Shown piece by piece: positions 35,566-55,967 of a stretch of DNA of 64,000 bases (the first letter of the stretch is position 1; each line of letters starts with the position of its first letter). Origin of the DNA: the human T2T-CHM13v2.0 reference genome, Homo sapiens; assembly GCF_009914755.1 (NCBI RefSeq), contig NC_060930.1. One strand, 5' to 3'. Position numbers and translations under genes: made by a program. The notes below the pieces were generated by a model that saw only the letters and a program-made list of their open reading frames with translations, was not told where the DNA came from and made no database searches.

Positions 35566-36882
35566 GAACTCTCCAATTTTTCTTCCCATCCCAAGAGTCA
35601 AGTAGCAGTGGCTTGGATCCTAAATTCGATTCCTGTAAACCCACTTTGTGGGGCTCCTTTTCCCCTTGGCCCACTGCATATCTGGAGCCAAACACTCAGA
35701 TTAGTCAGAACATCCAAATAAAACAAAGAAGGGACAAAACATCAGTCAGACCGTTAATATAAGTCCTGTCGGGAAGGCTGTGGTATTTATAGTGTGCTTC
35801 CAAAGGAACCACCCCCGTTCTGCATCTGCTCGTTTAATTCAGGTCAGATTCCTTGATCTTGAGGTTTTTTAATGCCCATCTGTAATGTGCTCTTTTTGTC
35901 ATTTCCCTGTCTCTCCTTCCCTGCTAAATTACCAATGCCATAAACCAGCTGGTGTTGGTGTCACTCTGAAAGCACTTTACTTATTAATTTACGATCATGA
36001 CAATAGGCTTTTTGGAGACTGCCCACCATCTAAAATGAAATTTTCATGATTGATGAGAGATCTAGATGGACAGGAAGCCTCAATTAGCTTGAGTTAAATT
36101 TTTTTACAGTCTAAGTTTTGTGGTCTGAACACACCCAGCCCAGCGTTCCACAACAGCTCCAGCCACAACTGTGGTGCCAAGGATCAATAGACCGTTAAAC
36201 TATGACGTTTTGATAGCAGAGGCTTAATTTTATCCACACATATTATTTTGTCATCACAAGCATCATCATGAACTTGATGTCTGACAGTGGGTAGAAATCA
36301 ATGTCCTTGTCTAGATTTTTTTTTTTAATTTCCATAGGTTTTTGGGGAACAGGTGGTATTTGGTTACATGAGTAAGTTCTTTAGTGGTAATTCGTGGGAT
36401 TTCGGTGCACCCATCACCCAAACAATATATACTGAACCCATTTTGTAGTCTTTTTATCCCTCACCTCCTTCCCACCCTTTCCCCGAGTCCTCTAAGTCCA
36501 CTGTGAAATTCTTATGCCTTTGCATCCTCATAGCTTAGCTCCCACTTATGAGTGAGGACATACAATGTTTGGTTTTCCATTCCTGAGTTACTTCACTTAG
36601 AGTAATATTCTCCAGATCCATCCAGGTTGCTGTGAATGCCATTAATTCATTCCTTTTTATGGCTGAGTAGTATTCCATTGTATATATATGCCACGGTTTC
36701 TTTATCCACTCGTTGATTGTTGGGCATTTGGGCTGGTTTCACATTTTTGCAACTGGTAATTGTGCTGCTATAAACATGCGTGTACAAGTGTCTTTTTCAT
36801 TTAATGACTTCTTTTCCTCTGGATAGATACTCAGTAGCGGGATTGCTGGATCAAATGGTAGTTTCTACTTTTAGTTCTCTAA

Positions 36883-37657
<775 letters not shown>

Positions 37658-37935
37658 GCATTGTGGTTTTGATTTGCATTTCCCTGATCATTTGTGATGT
37701 TGAGCATTTTTTCATGTTTGTTGGCCATTTGTATGTCTTCTTTTGAGAATCATCTATTCACGTCCTTAGCCCACTTTTTTATGGAATTTTTTTCTCCTGT
37801 AATTTGTTTGAGTTTGTTGTAGATTCTGGATATTAGTCCTTTGCCTGATGTATAGATTGTGAAGATTTTCTCCCACTCTGTGGGTTGTCTGTTTACTCTG
37901 CTGAGTGTTCCTTTTGCTGTGCAGAAGCTCTTTAG

Positions 37936-38344
<409 letters not shown>

Positions 38345-38745
38345 ATCTTCTAGAATTTTTACAGTTTCAGGTCTTAGATTTAAGTCCTTGATACATTTTG
38401 AGTTGATTTTTATATAAGGTGAGTGATGAGAATCCAGTTTCATTCTCTTGCGTGTGGCTTGCCAATTATCCCAGCACCATTTGTTGAATAGGGTGTACTT
38501 TCCCCACTTTATGTTTCTGTTTGCTTTTTTTTTTTTTTTAATTATACTTTAAGTTTTAGGGTACATGTGCACATTGTGCAGGTTAGTTACATATGTATAC
38601 ATGTGCCATGCTGGTGCGCTGCACCCACTAACTCGTCATCTAGCATTAGGTATATCTCCCAATGCTATCCCTCCCCCCTCCCCCCACCCCACCACAGTCC
38701 CCAGAGCGTGATATTCCCCTTCCTGTGTCCCTGTGATCTCATTGT

Positions 38746-42570
<3,825 letters not shown>

Positions 42571-42633
42571 TATGATGTTAGCTGGTGATTTTGCTCGTTA
42601 GTTGACACAGTTTCTTCCTAGTCTCGATGGTCT

Positions 42634-43650
42634 TTACATTTTGGCATGATTTTGCAGCAGCTGGTACCGGTTGTTCCTTTCCATGTTTAGCGCTTCCTTC
42701 AGGAGCTCTTTTAGGGCAGGCCTGGTGGTGACAAAATCTCTCAGCATTTGCTTGTCTGTAAAGTATTTTATTTCTCCTTCACTTATGAAGCTTAGTTTGG
42801 CTGGATATGAAATTCTGCACTGAAAATTCTTTTCTTTAAGAATGTTGAATATTGGCCCCCACTCTCTTCTGGCTTGTAGGGTTTCTGCCGAGAGATCCGC
42901 TGTTAGTCTGATGGGCTTCCCTTTGAGGGTAACCCGACCTTTCTCTCTGGCTGCCCTTAACATTTTTTCCTTCATTTCAACTTTGGTGAATCTGACAATT
43001 ATGTGTCTTGGAGTTGCTCTTCTCGAGGAGTATCTTTGTGGCATTCTCTGTATTTCCTGAATCTGAACGTTGGCCTGCCTTGCTAGATTGGGGAAGTTCT
43101 CCTGGATAATATCCTGCAGAGTGTTTTCCAACTTGGTTCCATTCTCCCCATCACTGTCAGGTACACCAATCAGACGTAGATTTGGTCTTTTCACATAGTC
43201 CCATATTTCTTGGAGGCTTTGCTCATTTCTTTTTATTCTTTTTTCTCTAAACTTCCCTTCTTGCTTCATTTCATTCATTTCATCTTCCATTGCTGATACC
43301 CTTTCTTCCAGTTGATCGCATCGGCTCCTGAGGCTTCTGCATTCCTCACGTAGTTCTCGAGCCTTGGTTTTCAGCTCCATCAGCTCCTTTAAGCACTTCT
43401 CTGTATTGGTTATTCTAGTTATACATTCTTCTAAATTTTTTTCAAAGTTTTCAACTTCTTTGCCTTTGGTTTGAATGTCCTCCCGTAGCTCAGAGTAATT
43501 TGATCATCTGAAGCCTTCTTCTCTCAGCTCGTCAAAGTCATTCTCCATCCAGCTTTGTTCTGTTGCTGGTGAGGAACTGCGTTCCTTTGGAGGAGGAGAG
43601 GCGCTCTGCGTTTTAGAGTTTCCAGTTTTTCTGTTCTGTTTTTTCCCCAT
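42634..43650 (-). pseudogene. L1 ORF1 (338 codons) with premature stop at codon 49
   Basis: ATGGGGAAAAAACAG at 43650; CGA>TGA at 43504-43506; remainder open (ORF 42634..43380). Confidence 0.92.
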
Positions 43651-44554
43651 CTTTGTGGTTTTATCTACTTTTGGTCTTTGATGATGGTGATGTACAGATG
43701 GGTTTTCGGTGTGGATGTCCTTTCTGTTTGTTAGTTTTCCTTCTAACAGACAGGACCCTCAGCTGCAGGTCTGTTGGAATACCCTGCCTTGTGAGGTGTC
43801 AGTGTGCCCCTGCCTGGGGGTGCCTCCCAGTTAGGCTGCTCGGGGGTCAGGGGTCAGGGACCCGCTTGAGGAGGCAGTCTGCCGGTTCTCAGATCTCCAG
43901 CTGCGTGCTGGGAGAACCACTGCTCTCTTCAAAGCTGTCAGACAGGGACATTTAAGTCTGCAGAGGTTACTGCTGTCTTTTTGTTTGTCTGTGCCCTGCC
44001 CCCAGAGGTGGAGCCTACAGTGGCAGGCAGGCCTCCTTGAGCTGTGGTGGGCTCCACCCAGTTCGAGCTTCCCAGCTGCTTTGTTTACCTAAGCAAGCCT
44101 GGGCAATGGCGGGCGCCCCTCCCCCAGCCTCGCTGCCGCCTTGCAGTTTGATCTCAGACTGCTGTGCTAGCAATCAGCGAGATTCCATGGGCGTAGGACC
44201 CTCCGAGCCAGGTGTGGGATATAGTCTCGTGGTGCGCCGTTTTTTAAGCCGGTCTGAAAAGCGCAATATTCGGGTGGGAGTGACCCGATTTTCCAGGTGC
44301 GTCCATCACCCCTTTCTTTGACTCGGAAAGGGAACTCCCTGACCCCTTGCGCTTCCCAGGTGAGGCAATGCCTCGCCCTGCTTCGGCTCGTGCACGGTGC
44401 GCGCACCCACTGGCCTGCGCCCACTGTCTGGCACTCCCTAGAGAGATGAACCCGGTACCTCAGATGGAAATGCAGAAATCACCCGTCTTCTGCGTCGCTC
44501 ACGCTGGGAGCTGTAGACGGGAGCTGTTCCTATTCGGCCATCTTGGCTCCTCCC
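43651..44554 (-). promoter_or_regulatory. L1 5'UTR: internal sense promoter (YY1 site 44536-44545) and antisense promoter; CpG-rich
   Basis: Intact CAAGATGGCC; many retained CpGs at 44050-44554; +97 donor TGAG|GTACCG at 44459/44458. Confidence 0.8.
44106..44321 (+). CDS. L1 ORF0 (71 aa, antisense in the 5'UTR), intact
   Basis: MAGAPPPASLPPCSLISDCCASNQRDSMGVGPSEPGVGYSLVVRRFLSRSEKRNIRVGVTRFSRCVHHPFL* within track ORF 44037..44321. Confidence 0.85.
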   Translation: MAGAPPPASLPPCSLISDCCASNQRDSMGVGPSEPGVGYSLVVRRFLSRSEKRNIRVGVTRFSRCVHHPFL

Positions 44555-46880
44555 TACAAGGGAATCTTTCCTTTTGTTTGCTTTTGCAAAAATCAGTTGG
44601 CTGTAAGTATTTGGGTTTATTTCTGGGTTCTCTATTCTGTTTCATTGGTCTATGTGCCTATTTTTATACCAGTACCATGCTGTTTTGGTGACTATGGCCT
44701 TATAATATAGTTTGAAGTCAGGTAATGTGATGCCTCCAGATGTTCTTTTTGCTTGGTCTTGCTTTGCACATGTGGGCTCTTATTTGGTTCCATATGAATT
44801 TTAGGATTGGTTTTTCTAGTTCTGTGAAGAATGATGGTGATATTTTGATGGGATTTGCATTGAATTTGTAGATTGCTTTTGGCAGTATGGTCATTTTCAC
44901 AATATAGATTCTACCCATCAATGAGCATGGGTTGTATTTCCGTTTGTTTGTATTGTCTATGATTTCTTTCAGTGGTGTTTTGTAGTTTTCCTTGTAGAGG
45001 TCTTTCACCTCCTTGGTTAGGTATATTCCTAAGTATTTTATTTTATTTTATTTCATTGCAGCTATTGTAAAAGGGGTTGAGTTCTTGATTTGATTCTCAG
45101 CTTGGTCGCTGCTGGTGTATAGCAGAGCTACTGATTTGTGCACATTAATTTTGTATCCTGAAACTTTGCTGAATTCATTTATCAGTTTTAGAAGCCTTTG
45201 GGGGAGTCTTTAGGGTTTTCTAGGTATACAATCATATCATCAGCAAACAGTGACAGTTTGACTTCCTCTTTACCATTTGGATACCCTTTATTTCTTTCTC
45301 TTGTCTGATCACTCTGGCTAGGACTTCCAGTACTATGATGAATAGAAGTGGTGAGAGTGGGTATCCTTGTCTTGTTCCAGTTCTCAGAGGAATGCTTTCA
45401 ACTTTTCCCCCATTCAATATTATGTTAGCTATGGGTTTGTCATAGATGGCTTTTATTACATTGAGGTATGTCCCTTGCATGCTGATTTTGCTGAGGGTTT
45501 TAATCATGAAGGGATGCTAGATTTTGTCAAGTGCTTTTTCTGCATCTATTGAGATGATCATGTGATTTTGTTTTTAATTCTGTTTATGTGATGTATCACA
45601 TTTATTGAGTTGCATATGTTAAACCATCCCTGGTATGATACCCACTTGTTTATGTTGGATTATCTTTTTGATATGCTGTTAGATTTGGTTAGCTAGTATT
45701 TTGTTAAGGATTTTTGCATTTATGTTCATCACGGATATTGGTGTGTAGTTTTCTTTTTTGTTATGTCCTTTCCTGGTTTTGATATTAGGGTGATACTAGC
45801 TTCATAGAATGATTTAGGGATTATTCCCTCTTTCTCTATCTTGTGGAATAGTGCCAATAGGATTGGTACCAATTCTTCTTTGAATGTCTGGTAGAATTCA
45901 GCTGTGAATCCGTCTGGACCTGGACTTTTTTTGGTTGGTATTTTTTTTTATTACCATTTCAATCCCCCTTCTTGTTATTGGTCTGTTCAGGGTTTCTAAT
46001 TCTTCCTGATTTAAGCTAGGAGGCTTGTATCTTTCCAGGAATTTATACATCTCCTCTAGGTTTTCTAGTTTATGAGTGTAAAGGTGTTCATAGTAGCCTT
46101 GAATGATGTTTTGTATTTCTGTGGTATCAGTTGTAATATCTCCCATTTCATTTCTAATTGAGCTTATTTGGATCTTCTCTCTTCTTTTCTTGGTTAATCT
46201 TGCTAATGGTCTATCAATTTTATTTATCTTCTCAAAGAATCAGCTTTTTGTTTCATTTATCTTTTGTATTTTTGTTTGTTTCCATTTCATTCAGTTCTGC
46301 TCTGATCTTGGTTATTTCTTTTCTTCTGCTGGGTTTGGGTTTGGTTTGTTCTTGTTTCTCTAGTTCCTTGAGGTGTGATTAAATTGTCTATTTGTGCTCC
46401 TTCAGACTCTTTGATGTAGGCATTTAAGGCTGTGAAGTTTCCTCTTACCACCGCCTTTGCTGTATCCCAGAGGTTTTAATATGTTGTGTCACTATTATCA
46501 TTCAGTTCAAAGAATTTTTAAATTTCCATTTTGATTTCCTTGTTGACCCAATGATCATTCAGAAGCAGGTTATTTAATTTCCATGTATTTGCATGGTTTT
46601 GAAGGTTCCTTTTGGAGTTGATTTCCAATATTATTCCACTGTGGTCTGAGACAGTACTTGATATAATTTCAATTTTCTTAAATTTGTTGAAAGTTGCTTT
46701 GTGGTCTATCATATAGTCTATCTTGGAAAATGTTTTATGTGCTGATGAATAGAATGTATATTATGCAGTTGTTGGGTAGAATGTTCTGTAAATATCCGTT
46801 AAGCCCATTTTGTTCTAGGATATAGTTTAAATCTATTGTTTCTTTGTTGGCTTTCTGTCTAATGACCTGTTGAGTGCTGT

Positions 46881-48273
46881 TGTATCCAGAATTGGTGGGT
46901 TCTTAGTCTCACTGACTTCAAGAATGAAGCTGCCCCTCGCAGTGAGTGTTACAGTTCTTAAAGGCGGCGTGTCCGGAGTTTGTTCCTTCTGATGTTCAGA
47001 TGTGTTCGGAGTTTCCTCCTTCTGGTGGGGTTCGTGGTCTCACTGGCTCAGGAGTGAAGCTGTGGACTTCCGCGGTGAGTGTTACAGCTCTTAAGGCGGC
47101 GCATCTGGAGTTGTTCCTCCCAGTGGGTTCGTGGTCTCACTGGCTTCAGGAGTGAAGCTGCAGACCTTCGCGGTGAGTGTTACAGCTCATAAAGGCAGTG
47201 TGGACCCAAAGAGTGAGCAGTAGCAAGATTTATTGCAAAGAGCGAAAGAACGAAGCTTCCACAGTGTGGAAGGGGACCCGAGCGGGTTGCCACTGCTGGC
47301 ACCAGCAGCCTGCTTTTATTCTCTTATCTGGCCCCACCCACATCCTGCTGATTTGTCCATTTTACAGAGAGCCAAGTGATCTGTTTTGACAGGGCACTGA
47401 TTGGTGCATTTACAATCCCTGAGCTAGACACAAAGGTTCTCCACGTCCCCACTAGATTAGCTAGATACACAGTGTGGACACAAAGGTTCTCTAAGTCCCC
47501 ACCAGAGTAGCTAGATACAGAGTGTCGATTGGTGCATTCACAATCCCTAAGCTAGACACAGGGTGCTGATTGGTGTGTTTACAAACCTTGAGCTAGACAC
47601 AGAGTGCCAATTGGTGTATTTACAATCCCTGAGCTAGACATAAAGGTTCTCCACCTCCCCACCAGACTCAGGAGCCCAGCTGGCTTCACCCAGTGGATCC
47701 TGCACCAGGGCTGCAGGTGGAGCTGCCTGCCAGTCCTGCACCGTGTGCCCATACTCCTCAGCCCTTGGGTGGTTGATGGGACTGGGCGCCGTGGAGCAGG
47801 GGGCGGTGCTCGTTGGGGAGGCTCGGGCCACACAGGAGCCCACGGAGGGCTGGAGAGGCTCAGGCATGGCGGGCTGCAGGTCCCAAGCCCTGCCCTGTGG
47901 GAAGGCAGCTAAGGCCCAGCGAGAAATTGAGCACAGCAGCTGCTGGCCCAGGTGCTAAGCCCCTCACTGCCTGGGGCTGGTGGGGCCAGCCGGCCGCTCC
48001 GAGTGCGGGGTCCGACAAGCCCACGCCCACCCAGAACTCACGCTGGCCAGCAAGCACCATGCGCAGCCCCAGTTCCTGCCTGTGTCTCTCCCTCCACACC
48101 TCCCCGCAAGCTGAGGGAGCCTGCTCCGGCCTTGGCCAGCCCAGAAAGGGGCTCCCACAGTGCAGCGGCAGGCTGAAGGGCTCCTCAAGTGCTGCCAAAG
48201 TGGAAGCCCAGGCAGAGGAGGCGCCGAGAGCCAGCGAGGGCTGTGAGGACTGCCAGCACGCTGTCACCTCTCA
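46881..48273 (-). mobile_element. LTR12C (HERV9/ERV9) solo LTR, 1393 bp
   Basis: Starts TGAGAGGTGACAGCGTGCTGGCAGTCCTCACAGCC and ends ...CCAATTCTGGATACA; 4-bp TSD CTGT (46877-46880, 48274-48277); ~41-bp CCAAT-containing tandem repeats at 47400-47650. Confidence 0.93.
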
Positions 48274-48596
48274 CTGTCAGTGGAGTATTGCAGTCCCCCA
48301 CTATTATTATGTTGCTGTCTATCTCATTTCTTAGGTCTAGTAGTCATTGTTCTATAAATTTGGGAGCTCCAGTGTTAGGTGCATATATATTTAGAATTGT
48401 GATATTTTCTTGTTGGACAAGGCTGTTTATCATTATGTAATGTCCCTCTTTGTCTTTTTTAACTGCTGTTGCTTTAAAGTTTGTTTTGTCTGATACAAGA
48501 ATAGCTACTGCTGCTTGCTTTTGGTGTCAATTTGCATGAAGTGTCTTTTTACACCCCTTTACCTTAAGTTTATGTGAGTCCTTATGTGTTAAGTGA

Positions 48597-48887
<291 letters not shown>

Positions 48888-51574
48888 AAGTGAGGCTCTT
48901 GAAGGCAGCAAATACTTGGTTGATGAATTTTTATCCATTCTGCAATTCTGTATCTTTTAAATGGAGCCTTTAGACCATTTATATTCAGTTAGTATTGAGA
49001 TGTGAGGTATTATTTTATTCATTGTGCTATTTGTTAGCTGAATACCTTGGTTTATTTATTTACGTATTTATTGTATTGCTTTATAGGTCCTGTGAGATTC
49101 ATGCTTTAAAGAGGTTCTGTTTTGATGTGTTTCCAGGATTTGTTTCAATATTTAGAGCTCCTTTTAGCAGTTCTTTTAGTGCTGGCTTGGTAGTGGTGAA
49201 TTCTCTCAGCATTTGTCTGTCTGAAAAAGACTGTCTCTTTCCTTCATTTATGAAGCTTAGTTTCACTGGATACAAAATTCTTGTCTGATAATTGTTTCGT
49301 TTAAGGAGGCTGAAGATAGGGCCCCAATTCATTCTAGCTTGTAGAGTTTCTGCTGAGAAATCTGCTGTTAATCTGATAGGTTTTCCTTTATAGGTTACCT
49401 GGTGCTGCTTTTGCCTCACAGCTCTTAAGATTCTTTCTCTCATCTTGACTTTAGACAACCTGATAACTATGTGCCTCTGCGATGATCTTTCTGTGATGAA
49501 TTTCCTAGGTGTTCTTTGAGCTTCTTGTATTTGGATGTCTAGATCTCTAGCAAGGCCAGGGAAGTTCTCAATTATTTCCCCAAATGTGTTCTCAAAACTT
49601 TTAGATTTCTCCTTTTCCTCAGCAATGTCAATTATTCTCAGATTTGGTCATTTAACATAATCCCAAACTTCTTGGAGGCCTTTGTTCATTTTTTAAAATT
49701 CTTTTTTCTTTGTCTTCATTGGATTGGGTTATTTCAAAAACCTTGTCTTTGAGCTCTGAAGTTCTTTCTTCTGCCTGTTCAATTCTATTGCTGAGGCTCT
49801 CCAGGGCATTTTGCATTTCTCTAAGTGTGTCCTATATTTCCTGAAGTTGTGATTTTTTTTTTATTTATGCTATCCACTTCACTGAAGATTTTTCCCTTCA
49901 TATCTTGTATCATCTTTTTGATTTTCTTAAGCTGGATTTCACCTTTTCTGGTGCCTCCTAATAATCAACTTCTGAATTCTCTTTCTGGCAATTCAGGGAT
50001 TTCTTCTTGGTTTGGATCCATTGCTGGTGGGCTAATGTGATTTTTTTTTTAGGGGGGTGTTAAAGAACCTTGTTTTGTCATATTACCAGAATTGTTTTTC
50101 TGGTTCTTTCTCATTTTGGTAGTCTCTGTCAGTGGGAAGATTTGAGGCTCAAGGCTGCTGTTCAGATTTTTTTGTCCCACGGGGTGCTCCTTTGATGTAG
50201 CACTCTCCCCCTTTTCCTAGGGATGTGGCTTCCTGAGAGCAGAACTGTAGTGATTGTTATTCTCTTCTGAATCTAGCCATCTAGCAGGGCTACCAGGCTC
50301 TGGGCTGGTACTGGGGTGTGTCTGCACAGAGTCCTGTGATGTGAACTGTCTTCAGGTCTCTCAGCCATGGATACCAGGACCTGCTCCATTGGAGGTGGCA
50401 GGGGAGTGAAATGGACTCTGTGAGGGTCCTTAGTTGTAGTTGTTTAATGCACTTGTTGTAGTTTTATGCTGGTTGGCCTCCTGCCAGGAGGTGGAACTTT
50501 CAAGAGAGCATTAGCTATGGCAGTATAGGAGAGGACCAGGTTAGGGGTGAGGCCCTGGAACTCCCAAGAGAATATAACCTTTGTCTTTGGCTTCCAGGGT
50601 GGGGAGGGAAGGCCCATCAGGAAGGGGTAGGGTTAGGCATGTCTGAGCTCAGACTCTCCCTGGGCAGGGCTTGCTGCGGCTGCTGTGGGAGATGGGAATG
50701 TGGTTCCCAGGTCAATGGAGTTATGTTCTCAGGAGGATTATGGCTGCCTCTGCTGTGTCATGCAGGTTGTCAGGGAAGCAGGGGAAAGCCAGCAGTTACA
50801 GGCCTCACCCAGCTCCTATGCAACCCAAAAGGCTGGTCTCACTCCCGCCATGCCCCCACTCCAACAGCACCAAGTTTGTTTCTAGGAAATGGTTGAACAG
50901 GGCTGAGAACTTGCCCGAGGGCACCAGCCTCCTGGCTGAGAAAGCAAACAGGGCTTTCATGCCTCCCCACCTGTGGGATCTGCACACCGGATTCATGCCC
51001 TCCCCCAAGTTCTGGCCAAGAAACTTCATGTTTGGTTGGAATTGTTACAAAGTTCAGCAGGAGTTTTCCTTCTCCCTATGATATTTTCCCAGTTCCTCTG
51101 GCAGCCCTCCCCAAGGACCCCTGTGAGACAAGGCAGAAATGGCTTCCCTGGGACCCAGAGAGCCCACAGGGCTTTTCCTACTGCTTCCTCTACCCTTGTA
51201 TTTCGCATGGCTCCTTAAATTGTCTCAGCTTCAGGTAAAGTCAAATCCTTTTTCTGTGATCTGGACCTTCAGTTTCCCCATTGAGGTTGTGTGGTTGTGG
51301 GTGGACAATTCCCCTTTCCCATTATCACAGTATGGGCACTTGCAGTATTTGGGCTCTCTCCTAGGTCTTGCAAGAGCAATCCACTTCCTTCAAAGGGTTC
51401 GTGGATTCTCTCAGCTTTACTGGTATATTCCTGCAGTAGATCTTGGAGCAAAATTTCACAGTGCAAGTCTCCACAGGCTGCTCTGTCTGTCCAAGTGAGA
51501 GCTGCAATGTGATCCTGCGTCCTATCCACCATTTTCTGCCAGGTACCTTCCATGTCTAGATTTTTTTTTTTTTT

Positions 51575-52030
51575 TTTGCATGTGGCAGTCCACTTCTTCC
51601 AGCACCATTTTTTGGAAAAAAACTATCCTTTCTCCATTGAATTGCCTTTGATCCTTTATCAAAGATCAGTTGAATATATTTGTGTCTATTTCTAGGTTCT
51701 CTATTTCATTCCATTGATCTATTGTCTACTCTTTCACCAATACTACACTGTCTTAATTACTGTACTTTGTAACAAGTCTTTAAGTTGAGTAGTATATGTA
51801 GTCCAATTTTGTTCTTCTTCCTTGATATTGTATTGACCATTCTATTTTTTTGTTTCTGTATAAATGTTTAGAATCTGTCAATATTCACAAAGTAACTCAC
51901 TGAGACTTTGATTGGAATTGCAATGAATCTATAAAGTTGGGAAGAACTGACATCTTAAAAATATTGAGTCTTTCTATCCATGAAAATGGAATATCTCTCC
52001 ATTTATTTAAACTTTTTTATTTATTTCGCT
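51575..52030 (-). mobile_element. Older L1M ORF2 fragment (apparent target of the L1PB insertion)
   Basis: CCAGCACCATTT...CCATTGATCTA...TTGATTGGAATTGCAATGAATCTATA L1 ORF2 antisense motifs. Confidence 0.7.
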
Positions 52031-52317
52031 ACACAAATAAGTGAATTAATAAGTACTGCCACTAAGACTTCATGTTTGGAATTATTTATGTAATGTTAAG
52101 AGCCTGAGTCATACCATGGAATTTTCATATTTTCAATATTCTCTTCTAATGAATAATTAAAGATGTTAACTTAACATTTTTGAGCACCCACCTCCAATAG
52201 ATAACTTGAATGAGTCTACTTCTCCAATTATGTTGCCACCACTCTCATCCAGCCCCCATCAACTCTCCCCTTGACCACTGCAATAGCTTCCTAAAAGCTT
52301 CAACTCCAAGTCCACCC

Positions 52318-53215
<898 letters not shown>

Positions 53216-53499
53216 GCTCCCTATTTTATTCTCCCCAAAATACACTCTTTATTTTATTCTCCAGAGAGTAGCCAGAGTGACTTATTTTTTCATTTGGGTC
53301 CCACTGATTAAGAGAATGAAAAATAGGCTCTAAGATGCATGAATCTCCATTCCCTGCTGATACATTTCTGTGGTTTCCCAATGCACTTGGAATAAAAGCT
53401 AAACTCTATCTTAGCCTCAAGACCTCTATCCAACTTCCCAAATTTATCTGACTTTCTTGTCCTATCTCACAGTACTCCGACACTGTGCTAGATGTGATG

Positions 53500-54160
<661 letters not shown>

Positions 54161-54746
54161 AATAAAGTAGGATATATAGCATATATAATGTATATGATTT
54201 TATATACATATACATACAACCTACATATGATGCTATACCTGGGCACCTCAGACTAGCCCTGGGGGCCTGCCTGGAGCTCTGCTCCCCACTTTGCTGGCTT
54301 GGCTTTGCTCATTCTTTAAATCTCAACCAAAGCTCTCCCTGACTGTTCTACCTAAGTAGATTTTACATCTGTTATTTGCTGTCACTTCAATTTGTTCTTT
54401 TCCTTTGAAGCATGTCTAACTACTTTTTTATTGTTGATCTCCCCAAGGCTTTAATAATCAGTGAGACATATTTATTTTGCTCACCACTTAGAACCTTGCC
54501 TGGCTTACAGTAGGTGTTCAATAAATATTTAACGAATGAATAAATTAACCTATCAAATGCCTAAAGCTTTTATTTCCTAAAAAGGAAATGCATAAATACA
54601 TTTAAATTTTTTCTGAGTTTAATTCTGAAGTATTTTCAAAATATAGGAAACAATTTCAGATGTCCATATATTCCTACATTTTAGGAAAAACGTCAACAAG
54701 GGTTGAAATAAAAAGTATTTCTGATTAGCATTGATTTCATTTTTAA

Positions 54747-55426
<680 letters not shown>

Positions 55427-55887
55427 TGATCAAATAATAAACATCTCCTGCTTAAAGGCCTGGCTCACAAAAACCCACAAATAATAAATGTCTTACAACT
55501 ACTCAGACCAATTATCTGGTGACTCTCTGAGCAATCCATTAAATACTTGACCAAAATCCTTCTTAGGAAGTTGGGCACTTTAGTCTCCTTCCAATGAGGC
55601 AACCCCTACTTCTTACTTTTGCTAGCTCTTTCCACCAGGAGCCATAAGTGATTTTTAAAATGTAATCTCCAGTTTAAATTAGAGGTTATAAATATGAACT
55701 ATCAATGAAGAGTCAGTAAGAATATATAACGTGCCTTGACTGCTGTTTCCAAATGCCCTAGTGGCTTTTGTGATCAATAGACACAAACTCATTTTGGAAG
55801 CATAGCTGAATTTGTAATGGCCTTCAGCCATGTACTTTCTCCACCAAGGGGCATTAAAATCATGACTACCATGATTTGATGGAAAAG

Positions 55888-55967
55888 GGAAGGAAGGAAG
55901 GAGGGAAGGAAGGAAGGAAGGAAGGAAGGAAGGAAGGAAGGCAGGCAGGCAGGCAGGCAGGCAGGCA
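55888..55967. repeat. Compound (GGAA)n(GGCA)n microsatellite
   Basis: Direct observation. Confidence 0.95.

Noticed and set aside
47400-47660. CRISPR-like repeat-spacer pattern
   Set aside because: These are the intrinsic ~41-bp tandem repeats of the LTR12 U3 in primate DNA; no unique spacers or cas genes.
47579-48440. Cluster of overlapping GC-rich ORFs
   Set aside because: They lie within the LTR12C U3; high GC suppresses stop codons.
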